A stretch of 64,000 nt of DNA from Bacteroidaceae bacterium (GCA_045597745.1 JAZLKQ010000528.1:2208-66207); one strand, 5' to 3'. Positions 44,863 through 53,395 are shown, numbered from the stretch's first letter. Notes: generated by a model from the sequence alone, not told the origin. Translations and numbers: made by a program.

Positions 44863-45134
44863 AAACAACAATGACTATAACCTGCAAAGCAGAATTTGCC
44901 AACTACATCAAGACATGCCTGGGTTTCATCGGCTCCGGTACATACTCCTACGATGAGCTTACACACACTTTTAGGATGAACGTGTCACCGCACCACAAGG
45001 CGATGCTGCGTGACTTTATCCTTGATATCCTCAGACACGACCCGCAGGTCACAGAGAAGCCGGAGAAGATCGTGCATTTCAACCTGTGCGCAGAGAACAT
45101 CACACTATCGGAATCAATAGCACTGGCACAATGA
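44859..45134 (+). CDS. hypothetical protein
   Basis: The ATG at 44859 forms an ATGA overlap with the upstream stop. 91 aa. Confidence 0.5.
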   Translation: MKTTMTITCKAEFANYIKTCLGFIGSGTYSYDELTHTFRMNVSPHHKAMLRDFILDILRHDPQVTEKPEKIVHFNLCAENITLSESIALAQ

Positions 45135-45295
45135 AGAAGATTATCAACACCGCACTCGTCCTACTCTTCCTCGCAGGCGCATACGTCTGCTGTTTTGACA
45201 AGGCAGGCAAGGCACAGATGGTTTACAACATGGCATTCATGTGGGGATATATCCCTCTCATGTGTGGAGTAATCATGACCAACAAAACAAAGTAA
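45131..45295 (+). CDS. small membrane protein
   Basis: The ATG at 45131 (ATGA overlap). 54 aa with two hydrophobic segments. Confidence 0.45.
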   Translation: MKKIINTALVLLFLAGAYVCCFDKAGKAQMVYNMAFMWGYIPLMCGVIMTNKTK

Positions 45296-45301
45296 CGCAA
45301 T

Positions 45302-46129
45302 ATGAGCAACCTGAAAGAATTTAACCTGGCAATAGGTCAGGAAAGAACCAAGGACTACCTCAAGGGTATGCTTGGCAGTGAGAAGAAACGCGACTCTTTT
45401 GTCACAACCCTTACGGCTGCTGTCAGCGATGACAAGCTCTTGCAGAAATGCGACCCCATGAGCATCATGTATGCAGCACTCAAGGCCACCGCCCTTGACC
45501 TGCCGATAGACAAGAATCTCGGTTATGCCGCCCTGATCCCATACAAGGACAACGAGAGCGACAAAGAAGTAGCGCAGTTCCAGATCATGCGCAACGGATG
45601 GATAGAGCTGGCACAGCGAAGCGGCAAGATACGCACCATCGTGAACGAAGTTGTCCATGAAGGCGAGCTTGTCAGCAAGAACAAGTTCACAGGCGAATAC
45701 ATCTTTGATGAAGACAAGCGCACATCTGACAAGGTTATCGGCTACATGGCTTACGTCTATACCACCGACGGGTTCCAGAAGACAATCTATTGGGACGAGA
45801 AAAAATGCCGCCAGCATGCAAAGACCTACTCCAAGACCTACAAGAAGGGCAAAGGACTCTGGGTTACAAATTTTGATGCCATGGCTCTGAAGACGGTGCT
45901 GAAGCATCTTATCACCAAGTATGTGCCAAAATCGGCCGCTATGCTTGAGGCTATCCGCACAGACCAGGCTGTACTCGGTGAAGACCTTGCACCCAAGTAC
46001 ATTGACAACCCTGTTGAGTACACGGAAGCGCAGGACGTGACCGATGAGACACCGGCATACAACGACCTGGTTGAGGAGAAGAAGGAAGAACTGCGCCAGC
46101 GTCAGAACACAGCACCTGAACTGCCATGA
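45302..46129 (+). CDS. recT: RecT-family single-strand annealing protein
   Basis: CDPMSIMYAALKATALDLPIDKNLGYAALIPYKD...AQFQIMRNGWIELAQRSGKI follows the RecT core pattern. Confidence 0.75.
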   Translation: MSNLKEFNLAIGQERTKDYLKGMLGSEKKRDSFVTTLTAAVSDDKLLQKCDPMSIMYAALKATALDLPIDKNLGYAALIPYKDNESDKEVAQFQIMRNGWIELAQRSGKIRTIVNEVVHEGELVSKNKFTGEYIFDEDKRTSDKVIGYMAYVYTTDGFQKTIYWDEKKCRQHAKTYSKTYKKGKGLWVTNFDAMALKTVLKHLITKYVPKSAAMLEAIRTDQAVLGEDLAPKYIDNPVEYTEAQDVTDETPAYNDLVEEKKEELRQRQNTAPELP

Positions 46130-48165
46130 ACAAGTACAGCAGTTATTCCGCAGACCAGTTAGAGGAACTCTTCTCCAACTATCTGATAGACTCCTGGAGC
46201 TACAGCAAGGTAAGCACCTTTGCACGTAATGAGAAAGCATTTGAAATGCTCTACATCTACTGCGAGAAGGAACGCCGTTCAGTGTCATCCATTGCTGGAA
46301 ACGCCTATCATGAAGCGCTGAAAGCCTACTTTGAGAACTGGACAGCCGTAATAGGCAGCAACCAGAACATCGTGTCCATGACAGAGCTGGCCTATCAGTA
46401 CATTGATGAGATCCCGGCTAACGACTGGCGTCTGTCCGACAAGTTCCCTACGGTTGACGCAGCAAGAGAGGAAGCCACAAAGCTTGCAACCGCCCTCATA
46501 ACGAACTTCCTTGCCGAAGCAGACATCTATACGCATGACCTTGCAAAAGTCCTGTCAGTAGAAGTCAAGGAATCAGCATGGGTAGTGTGCAACGGTGTTG
46601 ACATACCTCTGCCTCTGCATTACATTGCAGACCTTGTGGCTGAGACCTTTGACGGCAAGACCATCGTAATAGACCACAAGAGCAAGTCAGCCTACACCCC
46701 TGCCGATGAGATTGCACTTACCCACGGACAGCAGGCAATCACCTACGTCCTGGGATATGAAGCAACCAACCCAGGAAGCAAGGTTGATGAAGTCTGGTTC
46801 ATTGAGAACAAGGCAAGCAAGAACCGCGACAAGTCAGCACAGCTCCGCAAGCACGTCATCACCATGGACGATGACACACGCAAGCTGTATGAGTACTATC
46901 TGTATGAGCCACTGAAGCGCATGCTGTCAGCAGTCTCTAACCCCGATTATTCTTATCTCATCAACAACACCGACAACCTTACGGACAAGGCTGCTCTCTA
47001 TGAGTTCTCTGCCCGTACACTCATTGCCGAGGTTGATGACTTCAACGTACCGGACGGAAAGAAAGAGGCCATTGCCCGCAGACTCCGCAAGATCAAGGAC
47101 TCCAGCATGGCCATGATTTCCCCGAAGGTTATCTCAACGTTCCGCAAGAACGCTGCATCATTCATCACTTTTGACTACACGAACACGAATATGACAAACA
47201 CAGAGAAGATTGAACACGCTTTCCGTTCATTCGGCAAGCAAGTGCAGGTGGCCCATGAGATTGAAGGCTTCTCCTGCAACACATACCTGTGCCAGGTTGC
47301 CGCCGGAGTGCAGCTTGGTTCCCTCAATTCATACGTCAAGGACATTGCATACGCTCTTGATGTACCTACGGTACGCATCGCCCGGGAACTTGTCATGTAT
47401 GACGGCAAGTCCTATCTGAGCATTGAGGTCAACAAGAAGAACACCGAGACCCTGCTGTGGGACAACGGCTATGCACATGACAAGGTTATCCCTGTCGGCC
47501 TGAACAACTTCCGTCAGCCCGTAGAATGGAACCTTGACAACCACTCCACACCACACGTCCTTGTCTGTGGCGCTACTGGCTCCGGCAAGTCCGTCATGGT
47601 ACGTTCATCAATCCGCTACGCGCAGTACATCGGAGTCCAGGACATCATAATCCTTGACCCAAAGTATGAGTTCTGCGACATTGAAGGTGACAGCAATTGT
47701 GAAATCCGCGTCTATAACGACATCCGCGACATTGAGACCGCCCTTGAAGGCATGGTAGCAACCATGAACGAAAGGGTACGCAACAAGGAGAAGAAGCTTA
47801 CGCTTGTAGTCTTTGATGAGTTTGCCGATGCTCAGGACCAGTCCAAGGAACTGCACCGCAAGGATAAGGACTACCCTACAATGCCGATGGAGGTATCATT
47901 CAAGATGCTCCTTCAGAAAGGACGTTCATGCGGTTTCCGCTTCCTTGCCGCTACACAGCGAGCAGACACCAAGACCATATCAGGCAGCACCAAGGTCAAC
48001 TTCCCGGTGCAGATCTGCTTCCGCGTACCAAAGGCAATTGACTCAAAGGTTGTCATTGATGAGGAAGGAGCCAACGGCCTTGCAGGTAAGGGTGACGGAC
48101 TGATGAAGTCACCGGAGTATCTTGACCAGCTTGTACGATTCCAGGGATTCTATTGCGAAGAGTGA
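46126..48165 (+). CDS. RecB-like PD-(D/E)xK nuclease fused to FtsK/HerA-type ATPase
   Basis: N-terminal half: IADLV...IVIDHKSKS...HGQQAITYVLGY (D, DxK and QxxxY motifs). C-terminal half: LVCGATGSGKSV (Walker A), LTLVVFDEFAD (Walker B) and FLAATQRAD (FtsK-type ATQRP). Confidence 0.75.
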   Translation: MNKYSSYSADQLEELFSNYLIDSWSYSKVSTFARNEKAFEMLYIYCEKERRSVSSIAGNAYHEALKAYFENWTAVIGSNQNIVSMTELAYQYIDEIPANDWRLSDKFPTVDAAREEATKLATALITNFLAEADIYTHDLAKVLSVEVKESAWVVCNGVDIPLPLHYIADLVAETFDGKTIVIDHKSKSAYTPADEIALTHGQQAITYVLGYEATNPGSKVDEVWFIENKASKNRDKSAQLRKHVITMDDDTRKLYEYYLYEPLKRMLSAVSNPDYSYLINNTDNLTDKAALYEFSARTLIAEVDDFNVPDGKKEAIARRLRKIKDSSMAMISPKVISTFRKNAASFITFDYTNTNMTNTEKIEHAFRSFGKQVQVAHEIEGFSCNTYLCQVAAGVQLGSLNSYVKDIAYALDVPTVRIARELVMYDGKSYLSIEVNKKNTETLLWDNGYAHDKVIPVGLNNFRQPVEWNLDNHSTPHVLVCGATGSGKSVMVRSSIRYAQYIGVQDIIILDPKYEFCDIEGDSNCEIRVYNDIRDIETALEGMVATMNERVRNKEKKLTLVVFDEFADAQDQSKELHRKDKDYPTMPMEVSFKMLLQKGRSCGFRFLAATQRADTKTISGSTKVNFPVQICFRVPKAIDSKVVIDEEGANGLAGKGDGLMKSPEYLDQLVRFQGFYCEE

Positions 48166-48166
48166 T

Positions 48167-49054
48167 ATGGAAGTCAAGGGATTCGTATTCTACAAATCAT
48201 TCCTCACGGCAATTACTATGCTGCCGGAAGACTGTCAACTCCAGATGTTCAAGGCTATATGCGACTATGGCCTTGAGCATATTGAGCCGCAGTTTACAGG
48301 AAACCATGCGCAGTTTCTTGTTGCGCTATGGGTAAGCATTCAGCCACAATTGGACGCAAACTATGACAGGTTCTTGAATGGCTGCAAAGGTGGCGCTCCG
48401 CTTGGTAATCAGAACGCAAGAAAACAACCTAAAACAACTCAAAACAACCCCAAAACAACTAAAACAACAGAAACAACCGAAAACAACCAAAAACAACCTA
48501 AAGATAAAGTAAAAGAGAAAGAGAAAGAAAAAGAAAAAGCAAAAGAGAATGATTCTTTTTATTCTTCTTCTTTTCCTCCTTTGTCGGAAACTCCGAAGAA
48601 AGAAGAACAACAAAAAAAAGATTTTCTTCTTCAGATCCAGGAAACATTCTTCTTCCGCAACTACCAGACGCCAAGCAAGGAGGTGCAGGATTTCCTTTCG
48701 TACAACAACCTTGGTGACCGCACCTGGGAGACCATGACAGCCGCACAGCGCAACGCAGCACTGCAACGATGGACGCAGAAGCCGCCACAAAAGCCGCGCT
48801 TCACCGATGAGCAACTGGCCATGTGGAAGGAAGTACTTGGCAACATCCGCAGAAGCAAGGCCCCAGAGGACATCATCGCAGACGCGATAGCAGACTCGCT
48901 GAACTTCCTGCACAAGGGAGAAACGCTTAAGATCTGTTGCTCTGATGCACTGATGCACTACCTGGAAGCGAACCTCAACATCGTGGCATCGCCAATACGC
49001 AAGTACATGGCAGCACACGGACTCAAGGAACTGCATTACAACATCACGAAATGA
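48167..49054 (+). CDS. replication-organizer-like protein (DUF6291-like N-terminus)
   Basis: The ATG at 48167. GFVFYKSFLTAITMLPEDCQLQMFKAICDYG...DRFLNGCKGGAPLGNQNA is typical of phage replisome-organizer N-domains. The central low-complexity linker is encoded by the iteron array. Confidence 0.55.
   Translation: MEVKGFVFYKSFLTAITMLPEDCQLQMFKAICDYGLEHIEPQFTGNHAQFLVALWVSIQPQLDANYDRFLNGCKGGAPLGNQNARKQPKTTQNNPKTTKTTETTENNQKQPKDKVKEKEKEKEKAKENDSFYSSSFPPLSETPKKEEQQKKDFLLQIQETFFFRNYQTPSKEVQDFLSYNNLGDRTWETMTAAQRNAALQRWTQKPPQKPRFTDEQLAMWKEVLGNIRRSKAPEDIIADAIADSLNFLHKGETLKICCSDALMHYLEANLNIVASPIRKYMAAHGLKELHYNITK
48421..48497. repeat. iteron-like array: 8 x AAAACAAC at 9-11 bp phasing
   Basis: Copies start at 48421, 48431, 48441, 48452, 48461, 48470 (one mismatch), 48480 and 48490. 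A polypurine tract (48500-48550) follows, then a T/C-rich tract (48553-48583). Confidence 0.85.
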
Positions 49055-49224
49055 ACAGGAACAAGGAGAATACGATACGCAGGCTGATGTACGATATCCG
49101 CGAGATTACCGACAAGGAACTGCCAACAGGACTTGCACTCAGGGTAAGCAACAAGATTGACAAGATTAGCCTCATACTGAAAAGAGACCGCACAAGGCCA
49201 TTTAATTGCCCTGAGAAGAAATGA
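49051..49224 (+). CDS. small hypothetical protein (57 aa)
   Basis: ATGA overlaps at both ends (MNRNKENTIRRLMYDIREI...). Hand-translated; below the ORF-track cutoff. Confidence 0.4.
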   Translation: MNRNKENTIRRLMYDIREITDKELPTGLALRVSNKIDKISLILKRDRTRPFNCPEKK

Positions 49225-49400
49225 AAGACGTTGGAAGTATAATTGCCTACCGCACCCTAAACGGAGAGCGTAGAGGGAAAATTAGAGAGATTATCAAGGG
49301 AAGCAAAATTTTGAAGATAACAACAGCAACCGTAGCCTACCTTGTCGAGCTTGACAACGGCAAGAAGGTAGTGGTTGGAGAAAGCAGCATAATAGAATGA
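49221..49400 (+). CDS. small hypothetical protein (59 aa)
   Basis: ATGA overlaps at both ends (MKDVGSIIAYRTLNGERRGKI...). Hand-translated. Confidence 0.4.
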   Translation: MKDVGSIIAYRTLNGERRGKIREIIKGSKILKITTATVAYLVELDNGKKVVVGESSIIE

Positions 49401-50170
49401 TAAAACCAGAGAAACTGATAATGGCAACGGCAGAGCTTGCCGGATGCAGGTACGGAGAGATAATAGGCGACGAGAGGACTGTTCCCCTGCCCTTCTGCCG
49501 CATGCTCATTGCGGAATACTACAAGTTGCAGCACATGAGCAACAAGCAGGTTGGAGAGGTCATAAACAAGCATGCGAGTACAATAAACCATTACAACAGA
49601 CAGCTTGCCAGCATCAAGGCCCAGCCGAGCATGTCAGAGCAGGCAATACTCAACAAATGGGACGATACCATTGCAAGGCTGGAACGCGAAGAACTGGAAG
49701 AGCAACTGAAAAACATTCCGGTCAAGGTGGTAGAGAAGCCGCACAAGTGCCAGCTGTCAAAGCAGCTTGAGAAAACCCGCGAAGGCAAATGCGTCATGAG
49801 TGACATGGCTGTCCTGTACTGCTGCTGCGACATTGTGGACACGCTGACAAAGGAACTGCTTGAAAGAGGCCCCCATGTAGGAGTAAAACTGACATCTGAG
49901 CTGAAATTCGCAGTAAGCAAGCTGGCGTATGGCGGCAAGCTGTTCCGCAACCAGATAAGCAAGGAGCCAGTATTTCAGCAGAACGCAGTACGCATCTGTG
50001 CAGACATCTTTCTGCTTTTTATCCGCACCATCATTGACCGCTCAACAGAAGACGTTGACATGAAGATCATGTACGATGCCCTTGTGAACACGTTCCCAAG
50101 CAAGAGAGGATTCTATGACCTTGACTCTGCCAAGGCATTCGTTGAACTTGTAAAGAAAGAAAATGGCTGA
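49397..50170 (+). CDS. DnaA-domain-IV-like HTH protein
   Basis: ERTVPLPFCRMLIAEYYKLQHMSNKQVGEVINKHASTINHYNRQL resembles the DnaA C-terminal DNA-binding domain pattern (R...aR.iamYl......s...IG..f...HSTV.h). Confidence 0.5.
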   Translation: MIKPEKLIMATAELAGCRYGEIIGDERTVPLPFCRMLIAEYYKLQHMSNKQVGEVINKHASTINHYNRQLASIKAQPSMSEQAILNKWDDTIARLEREELEEQLKNIPVKVVEKPHKCQLSKQLEKTREGKCVMSDMAVLYCCCDIVDTLTKELLERGPHVGVKLTSELKFAVSKLAYGGKLFRNQISKEPVFQQNAVRICADIFLLFIRTIIDRSTEDVDMKIMYDALVNTFPSKRGFYDLDSAKAFVELVKKENG

Positions 50171-50288
50171 CAAATGTAAAGGATGCAAGCACTACCGCCG
50201 GGTATGGGATAGTGACCTGGAATGCTGGGAACACATCTTCCAGGACGAGTGTTTCAAATGTAAAGACAACAGCAACTACGAAAAATAA
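50163..50288 (+). CDS. 41-aa Cys-rich (CxxC...CxxC) micro-protein
   Basis: MADKCKGCKHYRRVWDSDLECWEHIFQDECFKCKDNSNYEK. Hand-translated; it overlaps the upstream stop by 8 nt. Confidence 0.35.
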   Translation: MADKCKGCKHYRRVWDSDLECWEHIFQDECFKCKDNSNYEK

Positions 50289-50289
50289 C

Positions 50290-50820
50290 ATGGAAAGAAA
50301 GATAGGAGAAGTTTTTAAGTACGACGGCAAGGCGTATATGGCAGTTATGGATACAAATCATTCTTGTTCTAACTGTGCGTTTGTCAAGCAACCTAAATGT
50401 ACAAGTTTGGCTGAGGTGGGTTTATGTTCGAAGCTTGACAGGAAAGACAGAACTGATGTCGTGTTTGCAGAAGTAACGCATGCTGAGCCAGACAAAGCAA
50501 GAGAACCGATAGAGGGAGCAAGACGTCTGATAGAGGGTTCAAATTTTGACGCCATCCTGAAGGAAATGTCAGAACTTCACAAGAAGAAAAATACAGACTA
50601 CGGAAACGCATTCGCAGACTCATTCAAGGAGTTTGGATTGGTTACTGCTGTTATCCGTCTGAACGACAAAATGAATAGACTTAAGAGTCTCGCAAAGCAG
50701 GAGGCACAGATCAAAGGAGAGAGCATCCGCGATACACTGATAGACCTTGCATGCTACGCAGTAATGACAATTGAAGAACTTGATAAAACAAAAGACATTG
50801 AACGTAAAGAGTCAAAATAA
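50290..50820 (+). CDS. DUF1599-like (nucleotide-modification-associated) protein with Cys-rich N-terminal domain
   Basis: The ATG at 50290. C-terminal KKNTDYGNAFADSFKEFGL..AVIRLNDKMNRLKSL...ESIRDTLIDLACYAVM matches the DUF1599 pattern. Confidence 0.55.
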   Translation: MERKIGEVFKYDGKAYMAVMDTNHSCSNCAFVKQPKCTSLAEVGLCSKLDRKDRTDVVFAEVTHAEPDKAREPIEGARRLIEGSNFDAILKEMSELHKKKNTDYGNAFADSFKEFGLVTAVIRLNDKMNRLKSLAKQEAQIKGESIRDTLIDLACYAVMTIEELDKTKDIERKESK

Positions 50821-50821
50821 C

Positions 50822-51097
50822 ATGGAAAGCAAAACGATACTGAAGATAAGCACCTGCAACGAAGGTGTCACTATTGAAGGAAACCTTGAATCCAAGCTGA
50901 TAACAAGGACAGCGCAGACCATCGGCGAGAATCTGAAAACAGACGAAGACGGCCAGATGAGCAAGCTATTCGCATTCTTTGTCATGGTACTGGAGATGGC
51001 AATGGCTAACATGACACCGCTCAACGCGGCCGAGTTCATGACAAGGGTCATGGAGAGTTCTGACGCAATCAGGGAAACAATGAAAAATGACAAGTAA
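50822..51097 (+). CDS. hypothetical protein
   Basis: The ATG at 50822 lies 1 nt after the upstream stop. 91 aa. Confidence 0.5.
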   Translation: MESKTILKISTCNEGVTIEGNLESKLITRTAQTIGENLKTDEDGQMSKLFAFFVMVLEMAMANMTPLNAAEFMTRVMESSDAIRETMKNDK

Positions 51098-51701
51098 GAT
51101 GAATACATTATTAGCAAGCCACAACAGCTGGTCATACTTAAGACCAAAGAGTTTATTCATGCGCCCCTTTGCTTTCATGGCAAGGTGCCAGGAGACAACA
51201 ATCAGCCAGCAGTGGGCATACGGAGTAAGATGCTTTGACCTGCGCGTCCGCTTCGATGCCGACGGCAAGCCGTACCCATGCCACGGACTGATACGCTATG
51301 ACGGTGACGTGATAGCAGACCTGATAGAACTGAACAAGATAGCAAGGGCCTGGCATAACACCTTCCATGTGCGCGTCATGCTTGAGGACAACATCTTCAC
51401 GTTTGACATTGCCTATCAGCACAGACACTACTTTGATTTCTGCAAGGCAATTGACAGAGGAGATTTCCCGTACCTGCAGTTCTTTGGCGGCTGGACCAAG
51501 AGCGAATGGCGCTCCGCCACCATCTACGACTTCAAGACAAAGGAGCCGAGCATCATAGAGAGACACGCATCGGTGTCCGGCTACGGCCATAACCTACGCG
51601 CCCTGTGGCCCAAGCTCTACGCAAAGCGCCACAACAGGGAATCGTTCTACGGCAGCCACTCTGCTGACTACCTCATGTTGGACTTCATAAACCAGATCTG
51701 A
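51087..51701 (+). CDS. PI-PLC X-domain-like phosphodiesterase
   Basis: LASHNSWSY...ARCQETTISQQWAYGVRCFDLRVRFDADGKPYPCHGLI aligns by eye with Bacillus PI-PLC PGTHDSGTF...[24 protein letters not shown]....LHHG. An alternative ATG lies at 51099. Confidence 0.55.
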   Translation: MTSKMNTLLASHNSWSYLRPKSLFMRPFAFMARCQETTISQQWAYGVRCFDLRVRFDADGKPYPCHGLIRYDGDVIADLIELNKIARAWHNTFHVRVMLEDNIFTFDIAYQHRHYFDFCKAIDRGDFPYLQFFGGWTKSEWRSATIYDFKTKEPSIIERHASVSGYGHNLRALWPKLYAKRHNRESFYGSHSADYLMLDFINQI

Positions 51702-51868
51702 TGGAAACACTGCAATGGATAATACCCTACTTCTTTGACTCAACGAAGCATTTCCTGGAACTCCTGCTTCTGATATTCGCGTCATTCGTGACCATCAAGG
51801 CATCGTTCCATCATTACATACACCGATACAACGACTACGGCGATGACGAAGCAGGACGTGATAAATGA
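51701..51868 (+). CDS. 55-aa small membrane protein
   Basis: METLQWIIPYFFDSTKHFLELLLLIFASFVTIK... Hand-translated; 1-nt overlap with the upstream stop. Confidence 0.3.
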   Translation: METLQWIIPYFFDSTKHFLELLLLIFASFVTIKASFHHYIHRYNDYGDDEAGRDK

Positions 51869-52241
51869 GCTGGAAGCCGCTTTCGGGCCACTTGTCAGCG
51901 CAGAGGAAATGGAACTGCTGACGGACTACTCAATAGCACGCGGCACGATGCCGACCAAGCAGGAGGTTGCCGCACTCAAGTTCGCAAAGGCATGGGCAGA
52001 GAAGAAAGCAGAAGGCGAGGTCATAAGGCTCAAGGCTTGGAACCTCAAGTTCTATCAGCATATCTCATCCCAGAGCAACGCGCTTAAGATGTGGAAGCAG
52101 ACCATGCACAAGCCGGAACTGGAGAACGAACATAAGCAATGGACCATGAGGTGCCGTAAGCTTGAGGAACAGGCAGAACAGATAGTGAGAGACGTTGAAA
52201 GCAAACGTGCAGCAGCACAGGCAAGATTACAATTCGGGTAA
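51843..52241 (+). CDS. hypothetical coiled-coil protein
   Basis: 132-aa ATG ORF in the early operon. Confidence 0.5.
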   Translation: MTKQDVINELEAAFGPLVSAEEMELLTDYSIARGTMPTKQEVAALKFAKAWAEKKAEGEVIRLKAWNLKFYQHISSQSNALKMWKQTMHKPELENEHKQWTMRCRKLEEQAEQIVRDVESKRAAAQARLQFG

Positions 52242-52243
52242 TT

Positions 52244-52651
52244 ATGGAAAGCAAGTACCACAGCAAGAAAGTAAAGACCAAGGCCGGAAAGTTCGACTCC
52301 AAGCTGGAGTATTACAGGTATCTGATGCTGGCCAAAGCAGAGCAGCAGGGACTAATCTCAGACCTGCGCAGACAGGTCGAGTACGAACTGATTCCACGGC
52401 AGACTGAGCAGGAAATAACAGAAGAGACGGTGCAGCTCAAGACAAGAGTCAAGACCAAGGTCAAGGTAGTGACCAAAGTTGTAGAGCGCTCTTGTTCATA
52501 CAAGGCAGACTTCGTATATGTCAAGGACGGCAAGGAGATCATTGAGGACACCAAGGGCATGCACACCCCTGACTACATCATCAAGCGCAAGCTCATGAGA
52601 TACCAGGGCCACCCTATCAGGGAGATAATGAAATCAACAGACAGCATCTGA
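52244..52651 (+). CDS. DUF1064-like (PD-(D/E)xK, resolvase-like) protein
   Basis: KFDSKLEYYRYLML...QVEYELIP...YKADFVYVKDGKEIIEDTKG...IKRKLM follows the DUF1064 pattern. Confidence 0.6.
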   Translation: MESKYHSKKVKTKAGKFDSKLEYYRYLMLAKAEQQGLISDLRRQVEYELIPRQTEQEITEETVQLKTRVKTKVKVVTKVVERSCSYKADFVYVKDGKEIIEDTKGMHTPDYIIKRKLMRYQGHPIREIMKSTDSI

Positions 52652-52653
52652 CT

Positions 52654-53049
52654 ATGAAACTGATAGACATTTCTTCGGGAGAGCTTCATAACGAAGCCTC
52701 CCTCCGCCTGACAGAAGGCAAGTACCGATGCACCCTGTCTGCCAAGGCATGCGAACTGCTGGGGCTGACAAAGGAGAACAACAAGATCCGCTTCGTGACA
52801 ACCGAGAACACCCCTGGCAGGCTGTACGTCTGCGCAACCAAGAGACGCACAGGCATTCCGGTTAACGTGTCCATCAAGGACAGGAAGGCTGGCTACATAC
52901 ACTCCAAGAAGCTGTACAAACTGCTTGCCGGGAAACTCCAGGGACCAGGACTCTACCGCATCTGCGAAGAGGATACCATAACCGATGACTACGATGGAAC
53001 GGTATGCTACGGCATATTCTTCCGCAACTTACAAAGTACAAGAAACTAA
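52654..53049 (+). CDS. hypothetical protein
   Basis: 131-aa ATG ORF, 2 nt after the upstream stop. Confidence 0.5.
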   Translation: MKLIDISSGELHNEASLRLTEGKYRCTLSAKACELLGLTKENNKIRFVTTENTPGRLYVCATKRRTGIPVNVSIKDRKAGYIHSKKLYKLLAGKLQGPGLYRICEEDTITDDYDGTVCYGIFFRNLQSTRN

Positions 53050-53060
53050 AACAGAAATCT

Positions 53061-53249
53061 ATGACAGACTACAAAAAGACAAAGACCAGACTCAGATGTC
53101 TGGAAATGGCAATTGACACTGCAAAATGTTGCGGTCACTTATCAGACACCAGAAAAATACTCCACGAAGCAGAAGCGTATTATGCATTTATCGCAGACGA
53201 ACAGCACCCGGTGCTGGATACGTTTCTCCCTGAAAGACTCCCACTATGA
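53061..53249 (+). CDS. hypothetical protein
   Basis: The ATG at 53061 (MTDYKKTKTRLRCLEMAID...). 62 aa. Confidence 0.4.
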   Translation: MTDYKKTKTRLRCLEMAIDTAKCCGHLSDTRKILHEAEAYYAFIADEQHPVLDTFLPERLPL

Positions 53250-53395
53250 AAAGAACTATCCTTTTATTCCTTACAATGATTGCTTTCTACGCAATGGGAA
53301 TAGTTGAGAGTTATATCCACTCTATTGTGTTTGCAATAGCCGTTGGTATCTTGGCTGCTGTGATTGCATCATATATTAATGAGAAGATGAAATAA
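53246..53395 (+). CDS. 49-aa membrane micro-protein
   Basis: MKRTILLFLTMIAFYAMGIVESYIHSIVFAIAVGILAAVIASYI.. ATGA overlap. Hand-translated. Confidence 0.35.
   Translation: MKRTILLFLTMIAFYAMGIVESYIHSIVFAIAVGILAAVIASYINEKMK

Noticed and set aside
48421-48600. Repeat array as a CRISPR array or minisatellite
   Set aside because: The units are 8 bp at about 10-bp spacing with no spacers of CRISPR size. The array is in frame within a gene. It is better explained as iterons plus a low-complexity linker.
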